A DNA stretch of 64,000 bases from Monocercomonoides exilis PA203 (taxonomy: Eukaryota > Protista > Preaxostyla): NCBI GenBank assembly GCA_001643675.2, contig LSRY02000023.1, positions 868,001 to 932,000 of the forward strand, written 5' to 3'. Positions 1 to 11,907 of the stretch are shown here, piece by piece. Within the stretch, counting starts at the first letter, position 1. Each line of letters begins with the position of its first letter. Position numbers and translations under genes: made by a program. Below the pieces are notes generated by a model. That model was given only the letters and a program-made list of their open reading frames with translations. It had not been told where the DNA came from and made no database searches.

Positions 1-115
1 TGATGAGAAGAGAGGATCTGTGCCAACCCCTCATGGATGTCGAATCTGGTGGATGCCATGGCCTGCTCATCTCCTCATGAGAAGCTGACTTTGGATTTGA
101 GAGAAAGTTTGTTTG
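1..115 (+). pseudogene. Decayed fragment of the receptor-pseudokinase family cytoplasmic tail
   Basis: gagaggatctgtgcc...atgtcgaatctggtggatgccatggcctgctcatctcctcatgagaagctg matches the GEDLC...MSNLVDAMACSSPHEKL segment of the 1101-9182 gene, in opposite orientation, with a deletion/frameshift and no continuation. Confidence 0.75.
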
Positions 116-1100
116 TGGAAGAAAGAAGTTATGTGAGCACCTTGGCATCCAATTTAAACAGATTTCTTATCTGAAAATAGTCCACAATAAATTCACACGA
201 AATTCTTTGTTTATCTGTAAATTATCAAACAAATTAAATTGTATGCCAAGGTGCTCACATAACTTCTCTCTTTCTGCTGCACAAACCAGGAAATAAATGC
301 TTTGATAAAAAATCAAAAGTCTGTTTGAAGGCTTTCAAAGATGTCCTTTGCTCCCAGCGAGAGTGTTTGTGGAAAGTCAGGGAAAAAAAGTCAGCTACAT
401 ATCTCATCCATGTGTTTTGCATTGATTACTCAAGTCAGAGAGATTTCCTTCATTTTCTTTTTTATCTTCCTTGTGCTGTTGCTCCATCACTCCTGTTGCA
501 TTTTTTCATGCTTCCACCATTCATAAACCATATTTCCATGTGGGAGGATTAATCAGCAACTTTGTCAGAAAAGGCAGTGAGCTTGCCAATCACAGCTGCA
601 TCCTTTCTCTCTCGTATTTTTCTCATTGATTTTTGGGAGTGAATGTGTGAAATGCTGAAAAAACACATATCTATATGAATTGTTACTCCAACGAAAAATG
701 CCAATGATCTTTTATTAAAAGAATTTTAAAACTTCAAAAGTTAAATACAAACAGAGAAGAGAAGAAAAGATAGAAAAGAAAAACAGAACAACGAGCACAA
801 ATGAATCAATGAGTCAAATATTATTCAAACAACCCCACAAAAAATGAATAACAAACCCCAAGTTCCTTTCAATAACTTATAAAAATGAATAAAAAGTTTT
901 TTTAATAAAAAATTGTTCTTTTTGCATTCATTGCAATCATCATAGCATTATGGCTCAAACTCCAGGAAAATATTCTGAAAAGAGCCAACAAGTCAGATTG
1001 AAAAGCTCGTGTTATCCCAATGTTTCACTAGCTCTTTTCTTATTCTTCTTCTTCTTCTTATTCTTCTTCAAGCGCAATTTCTCTGGTGTGTTGCCTCTCA

Positions 1101-4100
1101 TCACTCATCCCCTTTCTTCTCATCGGTGCTTCCTCTCTTGCTCAATTCTCCCACAAGATCAACTGCATCTGACATCGTGAACACAATCGCCCCTTCTGGA
1201 AATCGCATGAAAAACTCTCTTTTCAGATCTTCCAGCCCAGGCCTCTCCTCCGCCTTCTGCGCCATCCCTTTGCTCGCAACCTCCCCAAGAGGCGACTCAC
1301 AACCCACCAACATCTTCGGCCTCTCCCCATCTTTGATCTTCTTCCCCGCCATTTCTGCCTCATACTCCCCAAACGGGATCTGCAGCGTCAGACACTCCCA
1401 CAGCATCATCCCAATCGAAAACACCACTGACTCCTTTGTTGCCCCCATTTTCCTGTTCATCAGCAACTCGGGCGCCTTCCACCGCAAACACTCATATCGG
1501 TTGTCTTCCTCATCCTCAAAGGCTGATGAAGGAAGAGAGTCCTCATCATCACTGGCAGATGTCACAACAGTTAATGAAGAGATGGATGATGAATCAGAAT
1601 CATCAGAGGAGAAGTCGGAGTGCGTGGCAATCGCAATCACCATGTGTTCTGAGAACAACACAATGTGAGGACTCAGATTGGCCAGAGAAGGCAATTCTTT
1701 TTCCTCATCGAATGAATGGAGAGCCCCATTCGCCACCCAGAACAGGATCTGGGAAGCTGTCTGCTCTCTTTGTTGAAGGCTCCCAATTTCCATCTCCTTC
1801 TTTTCATTCCTTCCATGCAACAACATGAACAGCGAATCTCTCAAATCCACAATCAGCTTCTCATGAGGAGATGAGCAGGCCATGGCATCCACCAGATTCG
1901 ACATCGATGAGGTGGTTGGACACAGATCCTCTCCTCGAACAAAAGTGGAATCTGAATCAGTTGAACAAGTGGATGAAATGGAAGGTGAAGGCGATCTCTT
2001 TCTTGTTTCTTCTTCCTCTTCTTTCTCATCAACTTTCTCCAGCATCCACTCAGGAATCTTGTCTGAATCTCTTCCCAGAATATATTCAGTTGAGCCACTC
2101 TCGGACAGAAGATGCTCTGACGACTCCGAATGTCCAAGGCTTTTCTCATACATTCTCTTCTTAATCTTTTCTTCATTCTTCTTCTCTGCCTCTCTTTCGG
2201 CTCTTCGCCACTGTTCCTCAGGCGACATCTCCATCGTCATCATCTCAATCAGCTTTGGATCCTTTTTGATATTGTCATTCACAATCTCTCTCAGATCTTC
2301 GTTCTCATTTTTAGCTTTTCTCCATCTTATTGTAACAATAATTGAAACAATCAGAACAATCAACAAAATCACAACAAGTGCAATCACAATAATTGGCCAT
2401 ATCGATCTTTCTTTCTTTCCTCCTTCAGCAATCCTTTCATCTCCACTTGTTTTGGATTCACTCCTGTTCTTCAGAACGAAAGAATCAGTGGCTGATGGAG
2501 AATCAGCACTCCCAAACAGAATACACACCCTCACTTCTGCTTCACTTGCCACCCCTTCAACTGTCTTGGCAGGAACAGACCCATGCACCTCTTCTTCTGA
2601 TATGAAACCACTTTCGTCAAACGAATATTTCTCAACCACCTCCTCATCCCCAACTGCTGCAACTGTCTTGAATGAGAGGTTGCATGGAAGGAGAACTGAT
2701 CCTCTGAACACAACATTCACCACCTCCGCTGACTTTTCCGATGACACACTCTCCACCCTCGGGATGAAAAAGGGAGATGCTCTTTCTCCTGCAATCCCTT
2801 CCAGTGTGCATCCTTCATCCAATATCCACAAAGAGGTATTTTTCTCCAATCCATCCCCTCCCTTCAAACTCACAACCCTCAATCTTCCTGAGTCTCCACA
2901 CAGGATGTTTCTTCGTGCCGATCCATAATTCGCTATCGACGGATTGTTGTTCTCAAATCTCCCATCATATATCTCCACACTTCCACCTGACAACGAAAGC
3001 CCCCCTTTTTTCGAGTTGCTGATTGTTGTGTCTTTCATCCCAACATTGCTGGATTGAACATCCACAACTGACCCATTCCATTTGCAGATCTCATCCATTT
3101 TGTTATTTTTTCCCCATTCTTCTCTTGTCTCATCTTCAAAACCCCCAAGGAAGCTACAGGAATCAAAACCCACATCAACACAATTATCCACGGACACAAT
3201 CGATCCTTTCTCTTTTGGGCTCAAACACGTTCCAAATGAACAATTAGACAAAGCAATACTCTTCACCGCATTCTTCATTTTCACCACACTTCCACTTTTT
3301 GAGAGAGTGATATTCTGAATATCCAACATTTTCATCTCCACTCTTGCTCTGTTTCCAACTTCAATCACATTTCCCTCTGATTCCAAATTATCTATTCTTG
3401 TTTCTGATATGGTTGCTTCAGATTCACCAACAAATACTATCAAAGGCACACACAATTTCATTCTCGTGAATGCACACCTGTCCATCTCCAGTTCTCCCCC
3501 TTCAACTGCCATTATCGTGCTGCTTTTGATCAATTCAGTTGTGGATGACAAGCATTCGCATTCTCTCATCATTGTTGTTCCATTCTTCACTTTCATTATG
3601 TACCTGTGATTTGCTTCGTGCAACTCCCCAAACTCAAACACACACCGCTCCACAACACACTCATTCGCAAACACAATCACACTCCTTTCGTTTCCTATCT
3701 CTTGAATTGTTGCATTGAAATGGACTGTCGCCTTCATCTTCTTCATTGACTTCACATTTAAATCTCCAATCACACATTCTCCTCCAATATCTCCTTCTTC
3801 GTCAATCCAAATGACATTCCCCACTCCTCTTTGAATGTGATCCACACTGCAGCTGATGCTTTTGCACGGATTCGTCTGCTCTCCACACTGTCTGATATCC
3901 CTCCCATTCGCATTCACAAACACTTGCTGTCCATAATAGAATGTGATCAGCGGGATCAGATCAATATCTGTTTTCTCTTCATCGCTTCCACAAATCGAGT
4001 TGTTCGACTTCAATGACTCCTGGCTGAAGTCCAATGAAAACAATTTTTCATTGATCTCCTTTTCAATCCGGTTGCATCGGATGAACACATCCTTCCCCAC

Positions 4101-7100
4101 ATACGCGTCATTCATTGTGTATCTGGTGCTCTCGATCAGTATTCCTAAAGGTGGTGCATCTCCTGTGTCTGTCTGTGCTCCATCCAAACCAGATGCATCT
4201 ATCATCAACCCTCCTCCTCTCCCCTTCACTACTGAGCACGAGCACATCCCAAACATGCAACCACTCACTCTCAGCTCACTCCCTCTGCTCTTCAAACTCA
4301 CTTTCATCCCTCCTCCCTCTTCGCTCCACTCACTCAGACACTTCGTCATCACACACCCTTCCACAAAGCATCTCATTTCACATTCAAATGAACCAGAACT
4401 CACAATTGTGGCTCTGTTGTCGCTGCATGTGATGTTTGTGAATGTTGAGCCGTTAACACTCATCAATAACATTCCATCTTCATCTCCATTCACTTTGTTT
4501 TTCAACATTGTTGCTTCTTTCAATGATCTTTCTGATAAGAGAGCAGATTCACTGATTGATATCAGACTTCTTCCAGAAACACTCGTGTAACTGATCGACA
4601 GATTCATCACATCTGCCACTTTCACATCTGAGGACAATTCCATAAATCCTTGCAACAAATGGAATTCTTTCAGGGCACAGTCTTCGATCGCCACACTCCC
4701 TCCATCCACTCTCACCAAACAGAAATTCGTTTCTTTTGAGGCATCCTCACTCACAAATGAGCAGCTTCTCACAGAAAGTGCCCCATCTCCTGACGACGAT
4801 TTGATGAATGCCAGATGATGAACAAGCACATTTGGCAGAACAAATGAAACATTCACAAATGAGAGAATCACTTCTGAGGCAACCATTGCTTCTTCCACTT
4901 CTCCTTCATTCTCTTCATCAACCCTCAGCACTGTTCCATTTTCTTCTCCTTCTATTGATATTTTTGGTGTGTCTGAATCTGTCTGAATCAAATGCAATGA
5001 ATTTTGAAGGAGCACTAAATCAACAATTATCACATGTGATTCACTTCCTCCAAGTGTTCCATATCTCAGTGATATCAAGTGGTTAATCGATGAACATGGT
5101 GCTTCTGAATACCCACACCCACTGAAGTCTCCTCCCTTTCTCTCAGAAACATACCCATTCCCACTCCAATTTGACCACAAATACACAACCAATGGAATCA
5201 CATATCCCTCCTCTCCTGTTGTCTTCCTTTCCCATCCACACAGCTCATCCAATGATCTCAACTCCTCATCACCCATCTCCCATTTGAAGTTCTCTTTGTT
5301 CACAATCTCACTCAGATCCCATCCCGAAACAAACACATTCATCCCTTTCCAGGCATTGCACCCCTCAAATTCCATTCCTTCCAAAATGAATGTTCCCAAT
5401 TGATTGGGAAGTTCAACAAACATTCCTCCTCCCAATCCTCTTTCCACCTCATCACTCTTGCCTGATGACACGTCACATCTATCAAACTTCACTTCCTTCA
5501 TCTTCAAGCTCCCTCCATTTCCAACTGATATCATCATCCCTCCTCCTCTTCCGATTGAGTTTGTTACATTCTCTGTCTTGCATCCATCAAAAGTGGTCGA
5601 TCCATTTATCACAACCTCCTCATCTTTGTTGATCGAAATCTTCATTCCTCCACCACATTCATCTTTCTCTTCAATACAACATTCACTGAATGTGCAACCA
5701 GAAACAACAATAATAACAGCAACAGAAGCATCTCTACTCTCACTTTCACTTTCGATTTTCTCACATATTCTTTCCAAACAGCTTCCCCCTCCAGTTCTCC
5801 TCGTTATTCCAGTTAGAACACAATTCGAAAGTTCAGCTATGCCATCTCCGGTGCATTTTATAATTGGATTTGACAAGGTGTTTATTGGACCTTTGTTCGA
5901 AAAGCCTGCCATGTGCAGCTCTCCTCTATCAATATGAAAAATACAGTATTCAATTTCATTCAGTGAGTTTCCGATGGCAGTCTCAATTGAGCAATCACAG
6001 ACACTCAAAGCATATGAAGAGGAAAGGACGAATGATGAGGCTGGAGAAAGAGTTGATGGAAGAGAAAAGCACATATCTTTCAGCAATGCTCCGGATGAAA
6101 TGCAAATCAAACATTCTGAGTCAAACAGAGGAGAAGGCACAACAACATCAACGGCAGTGTCTCCAAGAATGCCTGTCGCATTCCAAAACTGGCTTTCCAT
6201 CACAATCTTTTCACAGAGCACAAATCCATTTATGATTCTGATTGTTCTTGTTTCATCCCCATACCACACCTCAACCACTTTGTTGATCGATGAGCACGGA
6301 TACTGCTCCATTCCACATCTGCTGAAGTCCAAGCTTTTCTCTCCTCCCACAAATCCAACATCCCCAGCCTCCATCAAAAATGGAAGAAGTGGTGCATACT
6401 CCTCCCGGCACCCATCCTCAAATCCCAATAAGTCGCTGTCTGTCATGCCCTCACACTCAAAGCCAAATGTGGCCTTGCTCACAACATCTCTCAAGCACTG
6501 TGCATTCACAAATATGTTGTTCCCTTTCTCTGCTTGGCAATTCTCAAATGAAGCATAATGAATGCAAAAGGCACAATTCCAATCACACACATCCAGATAA
6601 ATTGCTCCACCAAACCCCCCAACTCCATTTCCCTTCCCCACACAGCTGCAATTGCTGAATATCACATTATCAACATTCTCATCACCACTTTCACTTGAGA
6701 CATTCCCAATCTCCATCTGTGAGCCTTCATTGAGCTGAATCCACATCCCTCCTCCACACCCATCCTCACACTCACAATTCCTCATCATTCCTCCTGAGAT
6801 GTTCATCTTCATCCCATTCACCAGACTCCCACAAATCACACTTCCATCTCCACTCATCCGAGAAATCCCATTAACCTCGACGCCCTTCACATGGAAAGAT
6901 AATGAGTGCTCTCCCCTGATCTCGAATGCAGGAACTGACGAAAACGATATTCCACTGATCTCAACAGAGTCAAAAATGACAGATCCCATCTGGATGATCA
7001 TTAGCGATGCTGTTAACACACAGCGTTCATCGTTTGTCAATGAAGTTATCGCACACTCACACATATTCAACTTCCCTTCTTCTTCCAGCACTTCCATCAG

Positions 7101-9182
7101 ATGAGACGATGGATTCTCTCCACAAACAAATGTCATATTTCTGAAACTTCCCTCTCCTGTTCTGATGGCCACCAACGATTCTCCATTTGGTGATCTGTTG
7201 TGAACAATCACTTGTGTTTTATCTTTTCCATCAAACGATATCTTCATTTTTCCAACATCAATTCTGTTTTCTTCATAATCCCCAACTTCAATGATCACTT
7301 CATTGCTGCTTCCATCAGTATCCAGCACACTCATTCCATATTCAATTGTTTTGCATCTCCTTCCGTATTCATCTCCTGCCCTCACAAACCCACAGGCCAT
7401 GTGATCCAGTCCTTCCATTGAGTTCACAAACACTGGGTTGAAGAAGATCTTTGGAATCCAATTATTGTATTCTGTTTCTCCTTTGACCACTCGATTGCTG
7501 TTTGCACTTGTGCTTGAACGACAATGCACAAACGAATTTTCATTGATGCTTGTCCATCCCTCAACAACATAAACATCATGGCCCAGATTCGCAGCTGTGT
7601 TATTCGAAAAGAAGCAAAACAATGTTGGTGAATCATTTTCTCCTGGGATGTTATCCCAACTTATTCCTGCTCCATTATTCTCGCTGAATCCACCACAAAA
7701 TGAGCAATCCGAAATCACAGCAGTTCCGTGATTATATAATCCAACACTCCCTCCTCCATTGTATTGTGTTGTGTTCTTTCTGCAGCAGTAAATGTGACAA
7801 TTTTCAACAATCCCTTGATTAACATTGTGCTCAATGAATATTCCCCCACCCATATGTTTAACTGAACTATTCGAACAATTAATGTTTTTTACAGAAAATG
7901 AAGAAATAAAATAAAAATATAAACAACCACCAGAAGCTTCTACTGAACAAGATTCAAAACTGGATGATGTAATTTCAGATTTCTTTCCATCTCCTTGAGA
8001 AGAAATCGCTCCGCCACACCAAGAAGAATGGCATTCATTAAATCTGCAAAATGATACATTTAAGAGACCAGAAGATGTGAAAAGAATTGCACCACCATTA
8101 ACTCTTGATGAATTTTCAGTTGAAAGGTTGTTGAAATCACAATCCACAAATGTTGCATCTCCAGATGGGATTGCTTGTCTTGTCATTGTTTTGTTTCCAA
8201 TCACTGGATCTGCATTTTCTCTTCGAATGCATTGAAAATAACTCAAATTCGATGCCAAGAAATGATGATATCCTGAATGCATCCCTTCGACCAATCCTCC
8301 ACCAAGTGGAGAATCCACTTTCTCGACAACGCATCCAGTGAAAGAATAGTCATTTTTCGAGTTGCCTATTGAATAGTGATTGTTTTGAATTCTTGCGCTT
8401 TGCGAGATATTCGAAAAATGGCAGTTGAAAACTGATATTTTCCGAATGTTTGCGCTTGCCAAAAGAGAGGTTGATTTCACAAGAAAAAATGAAGAAAAAT
8501 CAGAATCAATGATTTTCAAGTCTTTTTTCATTTTTTCAGAACTCATTTTATCGCAACCAACAAATGGTTCAATAATTTCTGCACATCCAGCACTCAAATA
8601 AGAAGTGTTGCTCAGAATCAAATGTCCTTCATTCAGTGTGAATGAATAATCACTTGATGCTCCATTTTGATGGATTGAACAACAATGAACAAGAACTGTG
8701 GACAAGTTGTTGATGAACATGAGAGATATGCTCTCTTCTTTGAAAAAGGACAAATATTTCATTTCACAACTCGAATTTCCAAAATTGATCATCGCCATCA
8801 CAGTGGATCTTTGGTTGCGAAAAACTCTTTTTGAATCACCAATTGTCTTAAACTGACAATTCTCATTCATCAAATGATTGTCCATATCCTTTAATTCTCT
8901 TCTTTTTTCTTTTGAAAAATGATCACTTCGTTTTTGCATCAACCCTGGTGCTTCAGCATCTTTATCAGTAATTTTGTTTTTATTCACATTATCATTTGCA
9001 TCGAAACCATGAAAATGAAAGAATCCAAGATTTTCGTCTGAATGGTAAAAGGATAATCCTTGATTCAAAATATGTTCATCTTGAGAATTTACATCACATT
9101 TGAAGCCATTGCGTTTAGATTCATCATCAATATCTGAGCTATTCAACAGAGAAGTCAAAGTTAACAAAAACACCAAATTCAT
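1101..9182 (-). CDS. Giant single-pass receptor-like protein (2693 aa): signal peptide, Cys/Gly-rich beta-helix (pectin-lyase/Pmp-like) ectodomain, TM helix, C-lobe-only TKL-type pseudokinase
   Basis: Intronless ORF. Hydrophobic N-terminus MNLVFLLTLTSLL; repeated GGAI/GGG(M/I), FxxC and CGxxxxPCxSI motifs; TM IWPIIVIALVVILLIVLIVSIIVTI followed by RWRK; kinase subdomains VIII-XI (LRWKAPELL, SVVFSIGMMLWECLT, IPF, ERP) with no GxGxxG, VAIK, HRD or DFG. Confidence 0.88.
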   Translation of the reverse strand: MNLVFLLTLTSLLNSSDIDDESKRNGFKCDVNSQDEHILNQGLSFYHSDENLGFFHFHGFDANDNVNKNKITDKDAEAPGLMQKRSDHFSKEKRRELKDMDNHLMNENCQFKTIGDSKRVFRNQRSTVMAMINFGNSSCEMKYLSFFKEESISLMFINNLSTVLVHCCSIHQNGASSDYSFTLNEGHLILSNTSYLSAGCAEIIEPFVGCDKMSSEKMKKDLKIIDSDFSSFFLVKSTSLLASANIRKISVFNCHFSNISQSARIQNNHYSIGNSKNDYSFTGCVVEKVDSPLGGGLVEGMHSGYHHFLASNLSYFQCIRRENADPVIGNKTMTRQAIPSGDATFVDCDFNNLSTENSSRVNGGAILFTSSGLLNVSFCRFNECHSSWCGGAISSQGDGKKSEITSSSFESCSVEASGGCLYFYFISSFSVKNINCSNSSVKHMGGGIFIEHNVNQGIVENCHIYCCRKNTTQYNGGGSVGLYNHGTAVISDCSFCGGFSENNGAGISWDNIPGENDSPTLFCFFSNNTAANLGHDVYVVEGWTSINENSFVHCRSSTSANSNRVVKGETEYNNWIPKIFFNPVFVNSMEGLDHMACGFVRAGDEYGRRCKTIEYGMSVLDTDGSSNEVIIEVGDYEENRIDVGKMKISFDGKDKTQVIVHNRSPNGESLVAIRTGEGSFRNMTFVCGENPSSHLMEVLEEEGKLNMCECAITSLTNDERCVLTASLMIIQMGSVIFDSVEISGISFSSVPAFEIRGEHSLSFHVKGVEVNGISRMSGDGSVICGSLVNGMKMNISGGMMRNCECEDGCGGGMWIQLNEGSQMEIGNVSSESGDENVDNVIFSNCSCVGKGNGVGGFGGAIYLDVCDWNCAFCIHYASFENCQAEKGNNIFVNAQCLRDVVSKATFGFECEGMTDSDLLGFEDGCREEYAPLLPFLMEAGDVGFVGGEKSLDFSRCGMEQYPCSSINKVVEVWYGDETRTIRIINGFVLCEKIVMESQFWNATGILGDTAVDVVVPSPLFDSECLICISSGALLKDMCFSLPSTLSPASSFVLSSSYALSVCDCSIETAIGNSLNEIEYCIFHIDRGELHMAGFSNKGPINTLSNPIIKCTGDGIAELSNCVLTGITRRTGGGSCLERICEKIESESESRDASVAVIIVVSGCTFSECCIEEKDECGGGMKISINKDEEVVINGSTTFDGCKTENVTNSIGRGGGMMISVGNGGSLKMKEVKFDRCDVSSGKSDEVERGLGGGMFVELPNQLGTFILEGMEFEGCNAWKGMNVFVSGWDLSEIVNKENFKWEMGDEELRSLDELCGWERKTTGEEGYVIPLVVYLWSNWSGNGYVSERKGGDFSGCGYSEAPCSSINHLISLRYGTLGGSESHVIIVDLVLLQNSLHLIQTDSDTPKISIEGEENGTVLRVDEENEGEVEEAMVASEVILSFVNVSFVLPNVLVHHLAFIKSSSGDGALSVRSCSFVSEDASKETNFCLVRVDGGSVAIEDCALKEFHLLQGFMELSSDVKVADVMNLSISYTSVSGRSLISISESALLSERSLKEATMLKNKVNGDEDGMLLMSVNGSTFTNITCSDNRATIVSSGSFECEMRCFVEGCVMTKCLSEWSEEGGGMKVSLKSRGSELRVSGCMFGMCSCSVVKGRGGGLMIDASGLDGAQTDTGDAPPLGILIESTRYTMNDAYVGKDVFIRCNRIEKEINEKLFSLDFSQESLKSNNSICGSDEEKTDIDLIPLITFYYGQQVFVNANGRDIRQCGEQTNPCKSISCSVDHIQRGVGNVIWIDEEGDIGGECVIGDLNVKSMKKMKATVHFNATIQEIGNERSVIVFANECVVERCVFEFGELHEANHRYIMKVKNGTTMMRECECLSSTTELIKSSTIMAVEGGELEMDRCAFTRMKLCVPLIVFVGESEATISETRIDNLESEGNVIEVGNRARVEMKMLDIQNITLSKSGSVVKMKNAVKSIALSNCSFGTCLSPKEKGSIVSVDNCVDVGFDSCSFLGGFEDETREEWGKNNKMDEICKWNGSVVDVQSSNVGMKDTTISNSKKGGLSLSGGSVEIYDGRFENNNPSIANYGSARRNILCGDSGRLRVVSLKGGDGLEKNTSLWILDEGCTLEGIAGERASPFFIPRVESVSSEKSAEVVNVVFRGSVLLPCNLSFKTVAAVGDEEVVEKYSFDESGFISEEEVHGSVPAKTVEGVASEAEVRVCILFGSADSPSATDSFVLKNRSESKTSGDERIAEGGKKERSIWPIIVIALVVILLIVLIVSIIVTIRWRKAKNENEDLREIVNDNIKKDPKLIEMMTMEMSPEEQWRRAEREAEKKNEEKIKKRMYEKSLGHSESSEHLLSESGSTEYILGRDSDKIPEWMLEKVDEKEEEEETRKRSPSPSISSTCSTDSDSTFVRGEDLCPTTSSMSNLVDAMACSSPHEKLIVDLRDSLFMLLHGRNEKKEMEIGSLQQREQTASQILFWVANGALHSFDEEKELPSLANLSPHIVLFSEHMVIAIATHSDFSSDDSDSSSISSLTVVTSASDDEDSLPSSAFEDEEDNRYECLRWKAPELLMNRKMGATKESVVFSIGMMLWECLTLQIPFGEYEAEMAGKKIKDGERPKMLVGCESPLGEVASKGMAQKAEERPGLEDLKREFFMRFPEGAIVFTMSDAVDLVGELSKRGSTDEKKGDE

Positions 9183-9489
9183 CTTGAATGTGAATATGGG
9201 TTTTGAGTTTGTTTTTTACCATTATTATTAATCAAGGATACCAAATTGAAAAAATTTTCAAATTCATCCAATAGAAATTTGTTTGAGAAGTGAGTTAAAC
9301 TGATATTCTTTGAATGATCAAAATATTTAAAAAAAAGAAAATGGAAGGTTATATGACATGTTATTTTTATGTGTTGCTCGATAAGTATCGGGCATAGTTA
9401 AATGAAATATTTGTTATTCATAAATAATTGAGTAATTATTTTCGAAATCTTATTTTTTCGAACATATTTTCGATTTGATTATTTTGTTT

Positions 9490-10580
9490 TGAACATTTGT
9501 TGATGAATTCCGAAAAAAGACAACTCCGATAAAAACCATCTCTGTCTTTTTTTTCATCAAATGTTGGCTTTTGAAAAGACAAATAAACATTTTATATAAG
9601 AATGAAAATTATTTTCCCATGACAGTGAATTTATATAATTATCATCACCCACGGAAAAAATTTTATAATTTCAAAAATAATCAGCCAATTCAACAAGTTG
9701 AGAATTTTTTCAAACAATGTTACACCAAAAACTATTCAGCATCGTAAAACTTAAATTCAAAATCGAAAAAGAAGTTAATTGGTACAGAATTTCAATTCAA
9801 TTCGAAACCATGGTAATTTCATTGACACAAATGTTGATAATAACAAATGTTTATTTATTGAAAATGTTTTTCTTTCGTTGTAAACTTATGTTTTCTATGA
9901 TAAAGATTGATATAAATCGATTCTTTAAAATAATAAATATCGAAAATGTTTTGTTTTATCAGCTACCAATGCAATTAATGAAATTCAAAACATTTCGTTT
10001 TCAATAAATGATATGATTTTCTGTCTTTTTGTGAACAAAACAAGATCATGAACTATCCTATCACTTTTATTTTTTTGCATAAATTCCTTGTAATCTCCTA
10101 AGCGCATGTAAAGAGTTATATATATTCAATTATTTGTTATTCACTTTATTGAACAAAATCAAATACCACAAACACATCAAAAATATTTTTATGTAATTGA
10201 AATTGATAAATTTCTCGGATCAATAACTGAAAGAAAAGAAATTGACATGAGTATGAATTTTTTGATTTTTTTTCAAAATTTAAGATGATAAAGAATTTTC
10301 AATGTTAAATTTAATATTTTCGATGTTGTTTTAAACTTTTTCGATTTTGAATTTAAGTTTTTCAATGTTGAATAATTTATGGTGAATTTGTGAAGAATTG
10401 GTGTTTGACTGAATGTTCCAAAGTGAGAAAATGTTGTTCAGTCAATGCTTGAAATATTGATGAGAAATTGAACCTCTAATATTATTATTTGTCGAAAAAC
10501 ATATTAAAATCCACATTTTCTGAAAAAATCATCACAATTGAAATCTTCTAATTGACAAATGAATTCATCTCACATTGTTT
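9490..10580. repeat. Old degenerate inverted repeat (arms ~9490-9775 and ~10335-10580)
   Basis: 9723-9771 caccaaaaactattcagcatcgtaaaacttaaattcaaaatcgaaaaag versus the reverse complement of ~10336-10384 caccataaattattcaacattgaaaaacttaaattcaaaatcgaaaaag; weaker patches further out. Boundaries approximate. Confidence 0.55.
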
Positions 10581-11907
10581 GATTATGCATTATACAATTA
10601 ACATTTATTATTTTCTACAAATTAAGATGCCAAAGACAAACATTTTTCTCTATAAAAAAAACTAGGGTCAATAATTTATCGGTGCCCAAAAAATAAATCG
10701 GGACCTAAAATTTCTGGCTCTCCAGAGCACTTTTCGAAAAAAAAATAAATAATAGAAAATTTTTAATATATTATAAAAAGCTAATCCTGAAAATATTTTT
10801 TCAAATTTTAATTTTTGTGAAAAGATCTGGTGTTTTATGTTTTGTTTTTTTCGATCAAAGACTTGCTCGTATTTTCACGAGCTTTTTGTTTTGAGGTTTT
10901 TAAGTGTTGTTATTGTTATTGAACATAACTACTTTATGTTTTTGGTTATTTTTCATTGTTTAACACTTCATTTTTTATTATTTTTTCTATTTCACAATAT
11001 TTCGAAAAAAAAAAGTTAGCGAAATTTGAGTAACGATGTTTTTATAAGTTGAATAATTGTTGAAAAACTGATTGAAAGGTGCATCACCAAAATTTTGAAA
11101 TGAAAGAATGTTATATGAAGCAAATGAAACATTAATTCACATGAACAAGGTTTTTAAGAATAATAATCACTATCATTAAAATATAAAGATTTTATTCCTT
11201 TTGAATATCTTCAATTGTTGATAGTTTGTTTATTATTTTATTATTTAAACGAAAAAACTTATTTATTCAAATGTATTCTACTATTAATTGAAATTTTGAG
11301 AAATGGAAAAAATAATATAAAATGAAGTGTTAAACAATGAAAAATAACCAAAAACATAAAGTAGTTATGTTCAATAACAATAACAACACTTAAAAACCTC
11401 AAAACAAAAAGCTCGTGAAAATACGAGCAAGTCTTTGATCGAAAAAAACAAAACATAAAACACCAGATCTTTTCACAAAAATTAAAATTTGAAAAAATAT
11501 TTTCAGGATTAGCTTTTTATAATATATTAAAAATTTTCTATTATTTATTTTTTTTTCGAAAAGTGCTCTGGAGAGCCAGAAATTTTAGGTCCCGATTTAT
11601 TTTTTGGGCACCGATAAATTATTGACCCTAGTTTTTTTTATAGAGAAAAATGTTTGTCTTTGGCATCTTAATTTGTAGAAAATAATAAATGTTAATTGTA
11701 TAATGCATAATCAAACAATGTGAGATGAATTCATTTGTCAATTAGAAGATTTCAATTGTGATGATTTTTTCAGAAAATGTGGATTTTAATATGTTTTTCG
11801 ACAAATAATAATATTAGAGGTTCAATTTCTCATCAATATTTCAAGCATTGACTGAACAACATTTTCTCACTTTGGAACATTCAGTCAAACACCAATTCTT
11901 CACAAAT
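10386..11907. repeat. Large near-perfect inverted repeat: 589-bp arms 10386-10974 and 11319-11907, imperfect extension to 11003/11290
   Basis: The arms are reverse complements with a constant coordinate sum (22293), so no net indel. The ORF track shows the same peptide on both strands (10837+ and 11456-). Confidence 0.95.

Noticed and set aside
1009-8341. Many plus-strand ORFs (e.g. 1882-2928, 3943-4590) opposite the receptor gene, and likewise at 28067-34729
   Set aside because: Antisense shadows of a GA-rich coding strand; Ser/Pro/Phe-rich with no motifs.
10837-11456. Twin 60-65-aa ORFs on opposite strands
   Set aside because: A by-product of the inverted repeat; AT-rich with no coding signature.
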